Shown: positions 40,334-49,292 of the stretch, one piece after another
Layout of the letters: every line of letters starts with the position of its first letter
How positions within the stretch are numbered: the first letter of the stretch is position 1
Origin: an uncultured Candidatus Saccharibacteria bacterium
GTDB taxonomy: Bacteria; Patescibacteriota; Minisyncoccia; Phycocordibacterales; UBA918
Direction of reading: 5' to 3'
Length of the DNA stretch: 64,000 nucleotides
NCBI GenBank assembly: GCA_964638425.1
Contig: CAZWYM010000003.1
Coordinates: 16,289-80,288, forward strand
The notes under the pieces: generated by a model
Told to the model about the DNA's origin: nothing
Database searches by the model: none
Seen by the model: only the letters and a program-made list of their open reading frames with translations
Translations under genes and position numbers: made by a program

Positions 40334-40361
40334 AAATGACGCGAATAATATCGCGTCATTT
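40334..40361 (-). terminator. Intrinsic terminator of YbdK-like gene
   Basis: AAATGACGCGA-ATAATA-TCGCGTCATTT. Confidence 0.75.
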
Positions 40362-40380
40362 AGTTTGAGGCATTACATAC

Positions 40381-41139
40381 TTAAGGAACTATATCTGCTA
40401 TTTCGTTGATGACCTGAGCCCATGTAACAATCCTCTTGATGTCTGGAACAGAATCAAATACTCTAACTTCAACTGTACCGTGTGTCGAAATTCGAATCAA
40501 ATCCCAGCACTGTCTTGGGTCTTCTTCACACCCTCTTGCACGCATAGCTTCATGGAATTCTTCCCATGAAGTATATGCCTGAGGAAGTGTGTCTGAAGCC
40601 ATTAGACGATACAGTGCCATTCTTTGCCCGTTGCAAGTATCACCCATATTTTTTAACTCATAGAAATGCTTAATGAGTCGATTATAGACAATAATTGCTT
40701 CGGTTGTATTTCTTACACCAATATGGAAATGTACCGCTGCGACTCGACAAGCAGCGAGAAGCACTTCTTGTGGGAGTCTTTCCACAATACGGGCATATCT
40801 ACCTGTTGGATCAGGATACACTTCTACAGACATCTCTTGAGGGGCCACTGGTATATGCTCCAGTTTAAGTCCGAGAGTACTAGCAGCTTCAGCAGCTGTT
40901 TTTTCAATTTGAAAAAGCTCAGCGTAGAGATTACTTAGCAAGGTTGGACTTGTACGCATTTCTAATTGACAAGCAGAAAGCTCATAACCGTATTTCCCAT
41001 TTTTCGGTAAAAGATTAAGAACCGATACCGCATGTGGAACAATTACATTGCCATCCATCAGAAAGCATTCTCGTTCAACACCAAAATGTCCTCTATGTTC
41101 AGGCTTAAAGCAAAACCTACCCGTAAACGAATTATTCAT
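40381..41139 (-). CDS. Minimal YbdK/GCS2-family carboxylate-amine (gamma-glutamyl) ligase
   Basis: FGVERE, YELSACQLEMRT, VHFHIG, WDLIR, GTVEVRVFD; likely start ATG 41139 with GAAAGGGG SD (252 aa). Confidence 0.85.
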   Translation of the reverse strand: MNNSFTGRFCFKPEHRGHFGVERECFLMDGNVIVPHAVSVLNLLPKNGKYGYELSACQLEMRTSPTLLSNLYAELFQIEKTAAEAASTLGLKLEHIPVAPQEMSVEVYPDPTGRYARIVERLPQEVLLAACRVAAVHFHIGVRNTTEAIIVYNRLIKHFYELKNMGDTCNGQRMALYRLMASDTLPQAYTSWEEFHEAMRARGCEEDPRQCWDLIRISTHGTVEVRVFDSVPDIKRIVTWAQVINEIADIVP

Positions 41140-41215
41140 TTCTACACCCCTTTCAAGGATAAAAGATTTAAAAGAACAAAATATATTCGAAGAATTTTTT
41201 GTTGAAATATAATCA

Positions 41216-41525
41216 ACAAAAAAACTCCTCGTCACTGCACATGTTTAATAAACATGTAAAGGGACGAGGAGTTTTATCAACTCACGTGGTACCACCCTCT
41301 TTAGAATTTACATTTCAAAATAAATTCACTTATTGACTCATACACATACCACATTAAGGTATGCAGACATCAATTATCCCATGATTACGGAGGATGCCGG
41401 ACTTTCACTAACGCAGTAGTCACCCTTCTTCACTTGGAAGAAAATTGTGGCCCAATCTCGTACAATTTCAAATTGACGAGACCACAATATGGGTTTTCAG
41501 TGCTCAGAACGAACTACAATAACTA
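41216..41525 (-). promoter_or_regulatory. T-box riboswitch (transcriptional) upstream of YbdK-like ligase
   Basis: AGGGTGGTACCACG at 41298-41285, antiterminator partner CGTCCCT, terminator AAAACTCCTCGTC..GACGAGGAGTTTTTT, CCGTAA stem IIA/B-like motif, promoter TTGCAT-17-TACTAT at 41560-41532. Confidence 0.88.
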
Positions 41526-41600
41526 AATTTGATAGTACCGTAGAAAAACACTCCATGCAAATGCTGGTTAACTGAAGCGGATTTTTGTTATAATCACATA

Positions 41601-42044
41601 ATGCAATACAGCAATAATATTCAAATTGTTCTTGATATTCTCAAAAACGAAGTTGATGGGGATATTTCTAGTGCACTTGAGAAAATGACTTCAGACTACT
41701 CAATGACGTGGATGTATCAAAAAGGGGAGTCGTTTTTCCCTGTGGTAAAAAGTGACATGCCTAAGAAACTCGAAGACGTGTATCCCATACAGGGGAGAAA
41801 GTATGACATTCGAAACATTACCGAAGGGAATGATGTCGTTATGATTGAGGTTATTGAAAGCTATCCTGACCCAGAGACGGGGAAACTGTACAAAACTCCG
41901 CAAGTCATAGTCCTTGAAATGGAAGAGGGGAAGATTAAAACAGGAAGACACTACTGTGACCCTCGACTCTCACACGCCAATCTTTCAGACGAACAGATAA
42001 ATTCCGCACTCAATGACACTGATACAAAGGTAGAAATAAAGTAG
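41601..42044 (+). CDS. SnoaL/NTF2-like fold protein
   Basis: GDISSALEKMTSDYSM, EGNDVVMIE, GKIKTGRHYCDP. Confidence 0.75.
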   Translation: MQYSNNIQIVLDILKNEVDGDISSALEKMTSDYSMTWMYQKGESFFPVVKSDMPKKLEDVYPIQGRKYDIRNITEGNDVVMIEVIESYPDPETGKLYKTPQVIVLEMEEGKIKTGRHYCDPRLSHANLSDEQINSALNDTDTKVEIK

Positions 42045-42047
42045 GCT

Positions 42048-42479
42048 CTAGTTTGTCCCGAGACTCGAAATTAATTTTTCGACCAAAGCTTTGATTTGAT
42101 CAAGAGTTTTTTCTGATATCTCCCGCGTCGCAAATTTCGGATTTTCGATTTCCCACCATACCACTTTTTGATTCTCACTAAGAAACTCTGGAATAAAGGG
42201 GTGCTCAGCCATAGAGATTACAACATCGAATTCCTCAATCATTTCAGGAGTAAGTTTCTTCATTCTGTTATTTCTGATACTCATCCCATTCTCTTCCATG
42301 AGTTCAAAAAAGTCAGGAGTTCGAAAGTATTTTTGGATAAGGTCATTATCTGGAGCATCATCCGCACCCACATACGTTCCAGCAGAATCAGCGTTAGATG
42401 ATTGTGTTAATTTATTATACAAAGCAGCCGCCATTTGGCTCCTAAACTGATTGTATTTGCAGATAAAGAGTACTTTCAT
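42048..42479 (-). CDS. Low-molecular-weight phosphatase / ArsC family protein
   Basis: VLFICKYNQFRSQMA (CX5R), SAGT, WEIENP. Confidence 0.85.
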   Translation of the reverse strand: MKVLFICKYNQFRSQMAAALYNKLTQSSNADSAGTYVGADDAPDNDLIQKYFRTPDFFELMEENGMSIRNNRMKKLTPEMIEEFDVVISMAEHPFIPEFLSENQKVVWWEIENPKFATREISEKTLDQIKALVEKLISSLGTN

Positions 42480-43423
42480 AATGAAAATGATTTTACTGGT
42501 CGCGAATAAAAGAGAACCTCCTCATCATAGCTGTTCGGAATAACACCTTGCGGACAAAAAACAACATGGCAATCAAATGGTGTAAACACGGGGCCTGTGT
42601 CACCTGAAGCAATGAGTGTCTGTGCGGGTAGATATTCAAAATTTTTTAAAGGTTTGTTCAGTGTGAATGTTTTATTGGGGAAAATTAGTGAATCATCAAT
42701 ATAATATTCAACATGTTCATGTGTAGTAACCTCCTTAACAGGTTCAATCATATTAAGATTTTGCAACAAGGCGAGAGTTGAATCTATAGCAATTTTGAAT
42801 GAACGAGGACTTTCGTGCGTACCAGACTCAATGACAAGAACAGAAGCTGGATTAGTAGTAGCTCCATAAAAACTACTAACGGGCTTTCCGATTTGAACTG
42901 TATCTATATTTGAAATAACTAATTGGATAGGGAAGCCACGTACTAAATCAGTCCGCAGTGAGCCATTGAGGTTAATGATCATTGGATCTGAATCTTGTGT
43001 TGTACTATGAATATCAAGCCCAAACTCAAATTCCTGGAAAATTGGTAAAAGTTCCTTTGTACGTAAAACTTCATATGATGAATGACTGTTGTTTTTGAGT
43101 AAATCATCCGGTAGACGGTTCATATTTACATCAACAAACCTCGCGCGAACCCTCTCTTCAGTTGTACTTGCTTTAAAATTATTTTCTGCGGCTTTTATAT
43201 TATTCAAAACAAGATAAACAGAACCTTTTAAAAGCTTCTGTCTAAGTTTAAATTCATCTAGTAAATATTGAAATACAGCGAGTCCTGAAGGTTCATTACC
43301 GTGAGTACAGGCAGTAATTCCTAAAACTGGACCTGGTTCATTTCCTTGAATTAAAACAACTCCAGGAACACCATTATGCTCCATACTCTTAATTCTATTC
43401 AGAATACCTTCGAGATCATTCAT
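42476..43423 (-). CDS. Succinylglutamate desuccinylase/aspartoacylase family (M14) hydrolase
   Basis: HGNE, DVNMNR, DIHS, IESG; start ATG 43423 or TTG 43444. Confidence 0.88.
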   Translation of the reverse strand: MNDLEGILNRIKSMEHNGVPGVVLIQGNEPGPVLGITACTHGNEPSGLAVFQYLLDEFKLRQKLLKGSVYLVLNNIKAAENNFKASTTEERVRARFVDVNMNRLPDDLLKNNSHSSYEVLRTKELLPIFQEFEFGLDIHSTTQDSDPMIINLNGSLRTDLVRGFPIQLVISNIDTVQIGKPVSSFYGATTNPASVLVIESGTHESPRSFKIAIDSTLALLQNLNMIEPVKEVTTHEHVEYYIDDSLIFPNKTFTLNKPLKNFEYLPAQTLIASGDTGPVFTPFDCHVVFCPQGVIPNSYDEEVLFYSRPVKSFSL

Positions 43424-43476
43424 ATCTATATACCGTAACAACAAACATCCTAAGAAGCAAAGAGGGAGAACAGGAG

Positions 43477-43526
43477 CTTTGTAAACGGCTGGTATTTTGG
43501 TACTATTTTGTGATACCTATGAAAAA
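43477..43526 (+). repeat. 50-bp direct repeat copy 1 (promoter and start codon)
   Basis: CTTTGTAAACGGCTGGTATTTTGGTACTATTTTGTGATACCTATGAAAAA; one mismatch to copy 2. Confidence 0.92.
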
Positions 43527-44496
43527 GAAAACTCTCCATGATGTAAAATCGCCTGTTATATATCAAGCAAAGTCTGGTGCTATTGAATTGCGTGGTGACT
43601 TGGAAAAAGAGACTGTTTGGGCAACACTTGACCAAATCGCTACAGTTTTCGGGCGTGATAAATCAGTAATTTCTCGACACCTAAAAAATATTTTTAGTGA
43701 AGGTGAACTATCAAGAGCTTCAGTTGTTGCAAAAAATGCAACAACTGCCGCAGATGGAAAAACGTATAATGTTGAATACTACAATCTTGATGTAATTATT
43801 TCAGTCGGATATCGCGTTAACTCAAAGATTGCTACGCAGTTCCGCCAATGGGCGACCAGGACACTCCGCGAACACATCGTAAAAGGGTACACGCTTAACC
43901 GGAAGCGGATTGGGGCAAACTATGATGCTTTTATGAAGAGTGTGAGTGACATCCAAGCCCTCCTTCCTGAACATGTAACTCTCGACCCAAAGGCTGTTCT
44001 TGAACTTATTAAAGAATTTGCGAGCACGTGGGTTTCACTTGATGCATACGACAAAGAATCTCTCATACTTAAGGGTGTTAGTAAAAAGAAAGTGACTTTG
44101 GTGAGTGATGAACTCTATAAAGCAATTCAAATACTGAAACATGACCTAGAAAAGAAAGGCGAGGCCACAGAAATTTTTGCTCACGAGCGTCGTGAAGGAA
44201 ACCTCGAAGGTATTGTAGGAAATGTCATGCAGTCATTTGGTGGAAAGTCTGTATATCCGACAGTGGAAGAGAAGGCAGCGCACTTACTTTACTTCATGGT
44301 AAAAAATCATCCATTTACCGATGGTAATAAGCGTTCAGGTGCGTTTGCGTTTATATGGTTCCTCAGAAAAACTGGAGTGAAAGGAGCCAAAAACATCAAC
44401 CCATCGGCACTTACAGCACTCACGCTCCTTATTGCAGAAAGTGACCCGAAAAGGAAAGAACAAATGGTCGCTCTTGTGACACAGATGTTGCGATAA
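43519..44496 (+). CDS. RhuM/Fic/Doc family protein
   Basis: YNLDVIISVGYRVNS..QFRQWA (RhuM); HPFTDGNKRSG (Fic). Confidence 0.93.
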   Translation: MKKKTLHDVKSPVIYQAKSGAIELRGDLEKETVWATLDQIATVFGRDKSVISRHLKNIFSEGELSRASVVAKNATTAADGKTYNVEYYNLDVIISVGYRVNSKIATQFRQWATRTLREHIVKGYTLNRKRIGANYDAFMKSVSDIQALLPEHVTLDPKAVLELIKEFASTWVSLDAYDKESLILKGVSKKKVTLVSDELYKAIQILKHDLEKKGEATEIFAHERREGNLEGIVGNVMQSFGGKSVYPTVEEKAAHLLYFMVKNHPFTDGNKRSGAFAFIWFLRKTGVKGAKNINPSALTALTLLIAESDPKRKEQMVALVTQMLR

Positions 44497-44502
44497 ACAC
44501 TC

Positions 44503-44552
44503 CTTTGTAAATGGCTGGTATTTTGGTACTATTTTGTGATACCTATGAAAAA
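44503..44552 (+). repeat. 50-bp direct repeat copy 2 (trpS promoter and start codon)
   Basis: CTTTGTAAATGGCTGGTATTTTGGTACTATTTTGTGATACCTATGAAAAA. Confidence 0.92.
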
Positions 44553-45483
44553 AAGACTACTTACAGGGATGCAACCTTCAGGTGCGCTCCATATTGGAAA
44601 TTACTTTGGCGCACTCAAACCATTTGTTGATGTATACAAGGACTTCGACAGCCACATCATGGTTGCTGACCTTCATGCACTCACCTCACTTCGTGACCCA
44701 AAGACACTTCGTCAAAATATCATCGACGTTGTAAAGGACTACGTAGCGGTCGGAGTGAACCCCGATGAGGCAATTCTCTTTAAGCAATCAGACGTACCGG
44801 AGCATACTGAGCTTGCATGGATTTTTGAGTGTCTCGTTACCGTTCCATTCCTCAATCAAGCACACGCATACAAAGACAAAGTAGCGAAAGGACTCGAAGC
44901 AAACGCAGGTCTCTTCAACTACCCAATGCTTATGGCGTCTGACATTCTCCTCTATGACGTGGATGCGGTACCTGTAGGAGAAGACCAACGACAACACATT
45001 GAGTACGCGCGGGAAGCGAGTACGAAGTTTAATAACGCATACGGAGAAACCTTCACCATGCCAAAGGAGATGATACTTGCTGGTGTTGGTGTTGTACCGG
45101 GGACTGACGGACAGAAGATGAGTAAGAGTTACAAAAACACCATTCCACTTTTCGGTACAACAGATGAAATTACAAAAGCAGTTATGAGTATCGTGACTGA
45201 TTCGAGTGGAGAACTACCAAAGAACGTATACGCTATTCACACTCTCTTTAGAAGCAAGGAAGCGCTTGATGCACTCTACGCAGAACACGCAGGGAAGTAC
45301 AAGAACCTCAAGGATGCACTTATTGCTGATATAGAAGCAGTTGTTTCTCCTATGCGCGAGAAGCGAGCAAGCATTACCGATGCAAACGTAGCATACATCC
45401 TCAAAGATGGAGCAGAGAAGGCACGAGTACGCGCATCAAAGAAGATGCAGGAAATTCGTGAGAAGGTTGGTATTTCGCTCTAA
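44545..45483 (+). CDS. trpS: Tryptophan--tRNA ligase
   Basis: GMQPSGALHIGNY, YPMLMASDI, VPVGEDQ, KMSKS. Confidence 0.97.
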   Translation: MKKRLLTGMQPSGALHIGNYFGALKPFVDVYKDFDSHIMVADLHALTSLRDPKTLRQNIIDVVKDYVAVGVNPDEAILFKQSDVPEHTELAWIFECLVTVPFLNQAHAYKDKVAKGLEANAGLFNYPMLMASDILLYDVDAVPVGEDQRQHIEYAREASTKFNNAYGETFTMPKEMILAGVGVVPGTDGQKMSKSYKNTIPLFGTTDEITKAVMSIVTDSSGELPKNVYAIHTLFRSKEALDALYAEHAGKYKNLKDALIADIEAVVSPMREKRASITDANVAYILKDGAEKARVRASKKMQEIREKVGISL

Positions 45484-45487
45484 TTTC

Positions 45488-45690
45488 TTGACGGAGAGGC
45501 GGGTACGCAGTACTCTACTAGTAACCAACGACGCAGCTGACAACTGCCGAGGCATGCAAACAAAATGAGTGTCTCCTGTGATTTGGCGAAGCCAAATCAC
45601 AGGAGAAAGTAGGGTGGCACCGCGGAATTCTCAATGAGAAACCGCCCCTGCAGAAATTATTTAACTAATTCTGTGGGTGATTTCTAATTT
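45488..45690 (+). promoter_or_regulatory. Promoter and compact T-box riboswitch (Asp, GAC specifier) upstream of aspS
   Basis: TTGACG-17-TACTCT; GCAG-CTGACAA-CTGC mini stem I; stem III CTCCTGTGATTTGGC-GAA-GCCAAATCACAGGAG; AGGGTGGCACCGCG at 45611-45624 with partner CCGCCCCT. Confidence 0.9.
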
Positions 45691-45705
45691 CCCACTACAT
45701 TCATT

Positions 45706-47052
45706 ATGGAAAGAATTCTCATCAACGATTTAAAAAAGCATCTCGAACAAGAAGTTCTCATTCAAGGTTCAGTTAACGTAGCGCGAAATCAGGGGAAGGT
45801 AGCCTTCTTTGATTTTCGTGACCGTACCGGCATCGTACAAGGAGTCATTTTTGGAAAGCCTGAACTACTCGAGGCGACGAAGTCGCTCCGCGCAGAGTGT
45901 ATTGTTTCTGTTACTGGCGTACTGCATGCACGACCAGAAAAGATGATTAATCCAAATGTTCAAAACGGTGACATCGAACTCGAAATCACCGGACTCGAAC
46001 TCTTAAATGAAGCTGAAGCATTGCCATTTGATTTGGACGGAGAACTCAATATCGACACACTCCTCGACTACCGACCACTCACGCTACGGCGAAAGCATGA
46101 GCAAGCTATTTTTAAAGTACAGCACACTATTCTCAAGTCATACCGCGCATTCCTTACCGGAGAAGGCTTCGTAGAATTCCAAGCGCCGAAGCTCGTGGGT
46201 GGTGACGCGGAGGGAGGGGCGGAGGTATTCCAAGTAGAGTATTTCAATGAACACAAAGCGTACCTCGCTACCAGTCCACAACTCTACAAGCAAATGATGG
46301 TTGGCGTCTTTGAACGTGTCTTTTCAACGGGAGCTACCTTCCGTGCAGAAAAAAGTGCAACGACTCGTCACCTCAGTGAAATCACCATGCTCGACCTTGA
46401 GATGGGATTCATTAAGGACCACACCGATGTAACCGCGCTCGTCACAAAGCTTATGAATGCTATTGTCGCGACCGTAGCAACGGAATGTGCAGACGAACTT
46501 GCACTCCTCAATATGCCCGTACCACTCGCACCTGAGACATACCCAATCTTCACCCTTAGAGAAGCACAAGAACTTATTTTGAAAGAAACGGGTGTCGACA
46601 AGACAAAGGAACCTGACCTCGAACCAGAAGACGAGCGTTTCCTCTGCGAATACGCAAATAAGAACCTCAGCTCTGACTTCGTATTTGTTACCCACTTCCC
46701 AACAAAGAAGCGTTCATTCTACACACATGTCGACCCAGAGAACCCAGAATACACACGAAGCTTCGACCTACTCTTCCGTGGACTTGAAATGTGTTCAGGT
46801 GGTCAGCGTGTACATAATTACGAAACACTCAAGTCACGCATCGCAGAAAAGGGACTCGACCCAGAGAAATTTGAATACTACCTTCAAGCATTCAAGTACG
46901 GTATTCCTCCACATGGTGGTATTGGTATGGGACTCGAACGTCTCACAGCAAAGCTCTGTGGTGTAGGGAACGTAAAGGAAGCAACACTCTTCCCACGAGA
47001 CATCAATCGCATCGACACCTTACTCACTAAGAATACAGACAATGCAGATTAA
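45706..47052 (+). CDS. aspS: Aspartate--tRNA ligase, archaeal-type (probably non-discriminating Asp/Asn)
   Basis: OB fold, AEGGA, LATSPQLYKQ, FRAE..TTRHLSE, PPHGGIGMGLER; no GAD insert. Confidence 0.95.
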   Translation: MERILINDLKKHLEQEVLIQGSVNVARNQGKVAFFDFRDRTGIVQGVIFGKPELLEATKSLRAECIVSVTGVLHARPEKMINPNVQNGDIELEITGLELLNEAEALPFDLDGELNIDTLLDYRPLTLRRKHEQAIFKVQHTILKSYRAFLTGEGFVEFQAPKLVGGDAEGGAEVFQVEYFNEHKAYLATSPQLYKQMMVGVFERVFSTGATFRAEKSATTRHLSEITMLDLEMGFIKDHTDVTALVTKLMNAIVATVATECADELALLNMPVPLAPETYPIFTLREAQELILKETGVDKTKEPDLEPEDERFLCEYANKNLSSDFVFVTHFPTKKRSFYTHVDPENPEYTRSFDLLFRGLEMCSGGQRVHNYETLKSRIAEKGLDPEKFEYYLQAFKYGIPPHGGIGMGLERLTAKLCGVGNVKEATLFPRDINRIDTLLTKNTDNAD

Positions 47053-48439
47053 ACTTCAATCAATCGACAAAAAAGTCGCAGGAACGCACACAACTATTTC
47101 CCTCGTAGAAAAAGGTGTCGAAAAAATCGTCCGTGAGGGGAAGAGTGAAGTACTCGGAATCCCATCAGGGAAGCTCGAGAAAGTCACCCCGCGCACACTC
47201 CGTACGCTCGTACGCAACGTCGTGCAAACGGCAAAGAAACATAAGCTCGAAAAAATAGCACTCACCCTCGAATACGCACACTTCCCACGATGTGCTGAAT
47301 ATGGTGAAGCATGGTTCTTCAGTACGGTAGTAGAAAACATTCTCCTCGCTGACTACGAATACACCGTGTACAAGAGCAAGAAGAAAGAAGCATCACTCAA
47401 GGAAATTGTCATTGTGACGAGTAGTACAAAAGACGCACGAGAGGGAATTGTACGAGGAACGACCGTAGGAGAAAGTGCAAACACCTGTCGCAATCTTGCC
47501 AACACTCCAGGTGGCGACATGACCCCTGCAATTCTCGCAGAGCAAACCAAGAAATTGTTCAAGGGTACAAAGGCAAAGGTTACCGTACTCGATGAGAAGG
47601 CAATCAAGAAGCTCAGAATGGGTGGTCTCCTTGGTGTAGGGCAGGGAGCAAAAGACGCTCCGCGGTTTATCATAATTGAGTACTTTGGGAAAGGGAAAAG
47701 TGGAAAAGCTGATGATGCACCTGTAGTGTTTGTAGGAAAGGGGGTTACCTTCGACACCGGCGGACTCCAGGTGAAGCCGGGGATGTCGATGTATGAAATG
47801 CACATGGATATGTCGGGAGGTGCTTCAGTCATTGGGTCTATTCTCGCTATTGCAAAGCTCGGACTCAAGAAGAACGTCATTGGACTCATCCCCGCAGCGG
47901 AGAACGCTATTGGAGATGGCTCGATGCGCCCTGGAGACGTGCTCACGATGATGTCTGGCACAACAGTGGATGTACTCCACACAGATGCTGAAGGACGTCT
48001 CATTCTCGCTGACGCACTCCACTACGCACACAAGTACAATCCAAAGCTCGTTGTCGATGTAGCGACCCTCACCGGAGCTGCACTCGCAGCACTCGGGACT
48101 CACGCACACGTCATTATGACGAAGGACCGCAAGACCGAAGACCTCATGCGAGAGCTCGGAGAAGAGTCTGGTGATTACACATTCCCGCTTCCACTCTGGG
48201 ACGAATACAAGCAGTACATCAAGGGCGTGAATGCAGATATCTCAAACGTACCTGCAGGTGACTCAAAGTACGGTGGGACGATTAATGGAGGTATGTTCCT
48301 CGCTCACTTCGTGAAGAAGATGAAGTGGGTACATATCGACATGGCACCACGTATGACTGCAAATGGAAGCGACAAGCTCGCAAAGGGTGCGACAGGCGAA
48401 CCAACCCGCCTCCTCGTGAAAATCGCAGAAAGTTTCTAA
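47042..48439 (+). CDS. pepA: Leucyl aminopeptidase (M17)
   Basis: VGKGVTFDTGG, DMSG, HTDAEGRL, DVATLTGA. Confidence 0.93.
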   Translation: MQIKLQSIDKKVAGTHTTISLVEKGVEKIVREGKSEVLGIPSGKLEKVTPRTLRTLVRNVVQTAKKHKLEKIALTLEYAHFPRCAEYGEAWFFSTVVENILLADYEYTVYKSKKKEASLKEIVIVTSSTKDAREGIVRGTTVGESANTCRNLANTPGGDMTPAILAEQTKKLFKGTKAKVTVLDEKAIKKLRMGGLLGVGQGAKDAPRFIIIEYFGKGKSGKADDAPVVFVGKGVTFDTGGLQVKPGMSMYEMHMDMSGGASVIGSILAIAKLGLKKNVIGLIPAAENAIGDGSMRPGDVLTMMSGTTVDVLHTDAEGRLILADALHYAHKYNPKLVVDVATLTGAALAALGTHAHVIMTKDRKTEDLMRELGEESGDYTFPLPLWDEYKQYIKGVNADISNVPAGDSKYGGTINGGMFLAHFVKKMKWVHIDMAPRMTANGSDKLAKGATGEPTRLLVKIAESF

Positions 48440-48500
48440 GTTTCAGGTAAATATTCCAATTATGATATAATTGGAATATTACTGGGTAATATCCCTTACC

Positions 48501-49241
48501 ATGCTTTATATATTTTTGTTTGTAGTTCTATTCATCGTACTTATCAGTATTCGTCAGGTAAACCAGTACCAAAGGGGAGTGAAATTCACTTTTGGAAAAT
48601 TCACTTCCATCATGGAGCCAGGTTGGAGACTCGTGTGGCCAATCATTCAGGGTTATCAAAAAGTTGATATCCGAACTAAAGCTGTTGATGTACCTGACCA
48701 AAACGCTATTACAAGAGATAACGTGACCGTAAAAGTAAACGCGGTGATTTACTACAAGGTTTCTGATGCAGAAAAAGCAATCATTGAAGTTGAAGATTTT
48801 CGTTACGCGATATCTCAGTACGCTCAAACAACCATGCGAAATATTGTTGGAGAAGTAACGCTCGATGAACTCCTTTCAAGTCGAGATAAAATTGCTGAAC
48901 GAATCCGAGAAATTGTTGATAAAGAAACAGATGCGTGGGGACTCATGGTTCAAAATGTGGAACTCAAAGATGTGAGCCTCCCTGCAGACATGGAACGCAC
49001 TATCGGTAAGCAAGCAGAAGCAGAGCGAGAAAAGCGAGCAGTCATCATCAACTCAGAAGGGGAACTCGCAGCATCTCAAAATATTGCAAAAGCTGCTGAA
49101 ATGCTTTCAGCTACTCCCGGCGCACTCCACTTGCGTACCCTCCAATCGATAAATGATATGTCGTCAGACCAAAGCAACACGGTGGTATACATGGTCCCTA
49201 TTGAGGCTTTACGTGCAGTCGAAGGCTTCATAAAGAAATAG
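48501..49241 (+). CDS. SPFH/stomatin (slipin) family protein
   Basis: N-terminal TM, ITRDNV, QAEAEREKRA, LRTLQ. Confidence 0.93.
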   Translation: MLYIFLFVVLFIVLISIRQVNQYQRGVKFTFGKFTSIMEPGWRLVWPIIQGYQKVDIRTKAVDVPDQNAITRDNVTVKVNAVIYYKVSDAEKAIIEVEDFRYAISQYAQTTMRNIVGEVTLDELLSSRDKIAERIREIVDKETDAWGLMVQNVELKDVSLPADMERTIGKQAEAEREKRAVIINSEGELAASQNIAKAAEMLSATPGALHLRTLQSINDMSSDQSNTVVYMVPIEALRAVEGFIKK

Positions 49242-49292
49242 CGAAGTGGATACCCAAAAAACAGGGGAGTAGGAGCGTGGTAAAATATATCT

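Noticed and set aside
41140-41235. N-terminal extension of the 284-aa ORF in the track
   Set aside because: It overlaps the T-box terminator; ATG 41139 has a good SD
35047-44500. Integron cassette array or IS-bounded island
   Set aside because: No attC-like repeats, integrase, transposase or tRNA seen; mixed gene orientations
47353-48003. Long antisense ORFs (also 27044-27619, 50876-51529, 55131-55733)
   Set aside because: Shadows of well-supported genes on the opposite strand
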